This document shows positions 60,936 to 64,000 of a stretch of 64,000 nt of DNA, piece by piece; the stretch's first letter is position 1, and each line of letters opens with the position of its first letter. Under the pieces are notes generated by a model. The model saw only the letters and a program-made list of their open reading frames with translations. It did no database searches and had not been told where the DNA came from. The translations under genes and the position numbers were made by a program. This stretch comes from a candidate division WOR-3 bacterium (lineage in GTDB: Bacteria; Hydrothermota; Tepidihabitantia; Tepidihabitantales; Tepidihabitantaceae): NCBI GenBank assembly GCA_965649295.1, contig CBFGKH010000003.1, forward strand, positions 128,001 to 192,000, read 5' to 3'.

Positions 60936-63181
60936 CTACCAGGAGCCGCTGGGCCGGACTGACCGTCCTGCTCCTGGCCGCAACAGCCGGGCTGGCGGCC
61001 AAGCTCGACTTCTGGCAGCACGAGGCCGTGATGGAGTCGCTGCGGCATCTCCCGCCCAACATGCGCTTCTCAGCGATGCGCCGGCAGGGACTACTGCCGA
61101 GACAGCCGGTGGCGCCAACCGCTACAGACAGCGGGCTGCGGCTGGTCGGCAAATGGGGCGGTGGCCCATCGGTCAAGGTCACGGGCCGCGACTCGCTCGT
61201 CTTCCTCTCCCGTGGCAGCGAGGTCGTCGCCATCGACTTCGCCGACACCGCCAATCCCCGCATTCTCTCCCACATCCAAGCCCAGGGCCTTGTCTCCCGC
61301 TCCGTTCTCATCGGCAACCGGCTCTACGTCGGCTCCACTGGCGGCTACCCGAAGTACATCGAGGTCTTTGACGTGACCGACCCGGCCAACGCCACCAGGC
61401 TCGGCCAAGTCCAGACCATGCTCAACGACCTTGCCGTGCTGGACACGCTCGTCTACACAGTCTCCGATGACTCCTTCAAGGTCTGGAGCTTCGCCAACCC
61501 GGCCAGCCCGCGTCTTGTCGGCACCTGCCGCGACTCCGGCTACACCATTTCGGTCGGCAACGGCTACGCCTACCTTGCTGACCGCTGGGGCCTGTACGTC
61601 ATCGACGTCCGTAACCCGGCCGCGCCGCGCCGCGTGGCCGCGTGGGGCTCTGCCGTCATCAGCGTCGCCGCCCGCAACACCATCTGCTGCGTGACGCTCG
61701 GCAACCCCAACGTACCGGACCAGCTCGACTTCTACATCCTCGACGTCACAAGCCCCGCCAGTCCCCGGCAGCTCGGCCACTTGGCCAACTGCGGCGGCTA
61801 CGACATCTACCTGCTGGATACGCTGGCCCTCCTCTCCGGCTACTACACCGGTGGCCATGGATTCCGTATCCTCAGCATCGCCGACAGCACACACCCCCGG
61901 CACGTCGGCAGCGCAGCAAACCTGGATAACGGTCAAGGCGTCTGGGCGAGCTGCGCCAGAAGCCGCGCCTACGTTGCCGACCGGCTCCGGGGGATGTCGG
62001 TCTTCGACGTCTCGACTCTCAGTCAGCCGCTTCGTGACCGCGTCCTGCTCGCGGCCGGGTCAGCAGAAGACGTGGCGCTGGACCGAGGCCGAGCGTATGT
62101 GGCTGGCGACGGCTTCGGGATGACGATTCTCGACATCACCAACCCAACAATGCCCAGCGAACTGGGCTGCATCGACAGCACCCGCGACATGGTGACGCAG
62201 ACGGTCGCTGCGCGCGACAGCTTCGCCTACATGAGCTGGGCGCCCAACCGACCGTGGTTGCGCTCGGTGGACGTCACCGACCCGACACACCCGACGATGG
62301 CCGGCGGCGCAGCGGTGTATGATTTTCCCGCCGACATGGTGCTACGCGATTCACTTCTCTACATTGCGCAGTACCGCCGCTTCGAGATCGTCAACGTCGC
62401 CCGGCCGCGCCAGCCGGTGCTGATCGGAAGCTGTGTGCTGAACGGTACAGCCTACAACATCGCGCTTAACGACACGATCGCGTACGTGGCGATGGGAAAC
62501 GCTGGGCTGAAGTGCATTGATATAGGCAATCCGGCACTGCCGACAGTCGTTGGCGCGTGGAGCGGCCGCACCAGTGGGGTCAAGGTGACCGACACACTTG
62601 CCTTCGTTGTCGGGCCATACACGGGCTGCGTCTGCCTGAATGTTGCGAACCCGGTTATGCCCCAGACGGTCGACTCGCTCTGGCTGACTGACACGCTATG
62701 GTGGAATGACATCGTCATCGCCGGTTCCCGCGCGTATGTGGGTGGCGAACGCATACTCACCATTGACATATCGGACCCTGCAAATCTACGGGTGCGCGGT
62801 TCCTGGACTCCGCCGTATCTTGTCGAGCGTCTGGAGTACTGTTCACCGTACTTGTATCCGGCCTGCTACGAAGCCGGGGTCTGCGTGCTGGAGTCGACCG
62901 CAGTCGGAATCAGTGAACACCGGACAGAACAACCCGCTGCTCGACTTGAGGTCACCCCGAACCCGACGCGGAGTGGGGTGCTCATACGACTGACTCAGGC
63001 CGCAGGGACGGAAGGTATTTGGACCGTAAGAGACGTTGCCGGTCGCATCGTCGGCAGTGGCCCGGTGGCAAGAGGGTCGCATTCGGCCACGATACGCCTG
63101 CCTGCCGGACCGTCCGGTGTGTACATAGTCGAACTGGAGGTGGACAACCGAAAGACCATCGGTCGGGTAATCAAGCTCTAG
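60932..63181 (+). CDS. LVIVD-repeat exported protein with T9SS-type CTD
   Basis: Signal peptide; many (L/I)D(V/I)..P..P..(V/L)G repeats; VTPNP..DVAGR..SGVYIV. Confidence 0.88.
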   Translation: MTTRSRWAGLTVLLLAATAGLAAKLDFWQHEAVMESLRHLPPNMRFSAMRRQGLLPRQPVAPTATDSGLRLVGKWGGGPSVKVTGRDSLVFLSRGSEVVAIDFADTANPRILSHIQAQGLVSRSVLIGNRLYVGSTGGYPKYIEVFDVTDPANATRLGQVQTMLNDLAVLDTLVYTVSDDSFKVWSFANPASPRLVGTCRDSGYTISVGNGYAYLADRWGLYVIDVRNPAAPRRVAAWGSAVISVAARNTICCVTLGNPNVPDQLDFYILDVTSPASPRQLGHLANCGGYDIYLLDTLALLSGYYTGGHGFRILSIADSTHPRHVGSAANLDNGQGVWASCARSRAYVADRLRGMSVFDVSTLSQPLRDRVLLAAGSAEDVALDRGRAYVAGDGFGMTILDITNPTMPSELGCIDSTRDMVTQTVAARDSFAYMSWAPNRPWLRSVDVTDPTHPTMAGGAAVYDFPADMVLRDSLLYIAQYRRFEIVNVARPRQPVLIGSCVLNGTAYNIALNDTIAYVAMGNAGLKCIDIGNPALPTVVGAWSGRTSGVKVTDTLAFVVGPYTGCVCLNVANPVMPQTVDSLWLTDTLWWNDIVIAGSRAYVGGERILTIDISDPANLRVRGSWTPPYLVERLEYCSPYLYPACYEAGVCVLESTAVGISEHRTEQPAARLEVTPNPTRSGVLIRLTQAAGTEGIWTVRDVAGRIVGSGPVARGSHSATIRLPAGPSGVYIVELEVDNRKTIGRVIKL

Positions 63182-63197
63182 AAGAAAGGAGGCGACT

Positions 63198-63755
63198 ATG
63201 CGGCGGTTGTTTATGCTTGCAGTTCTGGTTCTGATGACGCCGAACGTGGTGTCTGCGCTTGTCCAAGCGTACTCAGTCGTACCGGTCAAGGCTGTGTGGT
63301 CAGGCCTAGCTGACCCGGAGGACGGCGTCTCCCAGACCCTGACCTGCAACTTCGACTCGCTGGTGTATGTCGAGCTGTTCTGCGGCGAGCAAGGCGCAGG
63401 CGGGACCTACGACTGCGAAGTGCATGATGGCCAGACCGGTGCTCGAGTGGCTCACCGGCGCGGAGTTGTACCCGGGCAAGCCTGCAATTGGCTGGCGTTC
63501 AAAGACTTCACGGTCATGGGGACCTTCACCAAAGGCAAGGTGTATGAGTTCCGCTTCACGCGGGCTGGGACAGACAGCATCAACTACTTCTGGCAGGATG
63601 GCGACCCGTATCGTTACGGTGACATCGTTGTCGGCAGTGAATCGATTCCCGGCCGCGACCTCTGTCTGCGGGTGTATGGCACACTCAACCCGGCGCCGCC
63701 GGCGTTCTGGGGCATGGATGAGTGTAGTCTCATCCCGTCGGTTTCGGCGGCTTGA
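63198..63755 (+). CDS. Exported hypothetical protein (185 aa, possibly truncated)
   Basis: SD AGGAGG, signal peptide, beta-rich; stop TGA overlaps the next -35 (TTGACG). Confidence 0.7.
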   Translation: MRRLFMLAVLVLMTPNVVSALVQAYSVVPVKAVWSGLADPEDGVSQTLTCNFDSLVYVELFCGEQGAGGTYDCEVHDGQTGARVAHRRGVVPGQACNWLAFKDFTVMGTFTKGKVYEFRFTRAGTDSINYFWQDGDPYRYGDIVVGSESIPGRDLCLRVYGTLNPAPPAFWGMDECSLIPSVSAA

Positions 63756-63789
63756 CGCCAGTCGGCCCTGGCCGACAATGAAGCCATGA
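63649..63789 (+). repeat. 141-bp direct repeat, copy B
   Basis: 136/141 identical to 60795-60935. Confidence 0.95.
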
Positions 63790-64000
63790 GACTGCGGCTA
63801 CTGGTCCTGGCTGGGCTGGTGATGGTCGGTGCAGGTTGGGGAATCGACTGGAACGAAGATGCAGCCATCCGTGAATCCCTGGCGATCAAGGGCTCACTCC
63901 TCGGCCAGCGGTGGCTTGCGAAGATCGGCCGCCGCGACTATCTGTTGCGTCAGAGCCGCAAGCCCACCGCCGACAGTGGCCTGCGCTGTGTGGGCCGCTG
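63786..64000 (+). CDS. 5' part of a second LVIVD-family paralog (runs off the window)
   Basis: MRLRLLVL..IDWNEDAAIRESL..PTADSGLRCVGR matches LDFWQHEAVMESL..TATDSGLRLVGK of 60932. Confidence 0.8.
   Translation, partial: MRLRLLVLAGLVMVGAGWGIDWNEDAAIRESLAIKGSLLGQRWLAKIGRRDYLLRQSRKPTADSGLRCVGR

Noticed and set aside
60795..63789. 141-bp repeat pair as DGR template/variable repeat
   Set aside because: Mismatches (A/G, T/C, A/G, G/C, G/C) are not adenine-specific and there is no reverse transcriptase in the window

Overview
Bacterial chromosomal window with no integrase, transposase, phage gene or CRISPR array seen. The repertoire (C25 gingipain-like and C11 clostripain-like proteases with FlgD/T9SS-type C-terminal domains, two PorV/PorQ-like barrels, LVIVD and Kelch surface proteins, type IV pilus locus) suggests an FCB-related lineage such as candidate division WOR-3. 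That is inference; classify the 16S to confirm. Housekeeping genes include an ABC-F, rimI, accC, nadE, ruvCAB/yebC, yhaM, rsmG, groES/groEL, gdhA, three tRNAs (Leu-CAG, Arg-CCG, Val-TAC) and a stand-alone 16S rRNA gene. Most notable observations: (1) degenerate 12-bp-periodic arrays built on a GAGT-S-ACTC dyad fill most large intergenic gaps, upstream of strong promoters; (2) a tandem surface-protein cassette array at the right end is joined by a 141-bp repeat carrying a gene 3' end, twin hairpins and a leaderless promoter; (3) D-(S/T)-hydrophobic O-glycosylation sequons are strongly enriched in exported proteins, and a TMTC-like glycosyltransferase is present; (4) a TonB-like barrel/CTD protein/PorV operon; (5) a hybrid T4P/T2SS locus with a PilM-PilN fusion; (6) many predicted leaderless genes; (7) tRNA-Leu 3' repeats; (8) a 515F primer mismatch in the unlinked 16S. 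All counts are by hand.
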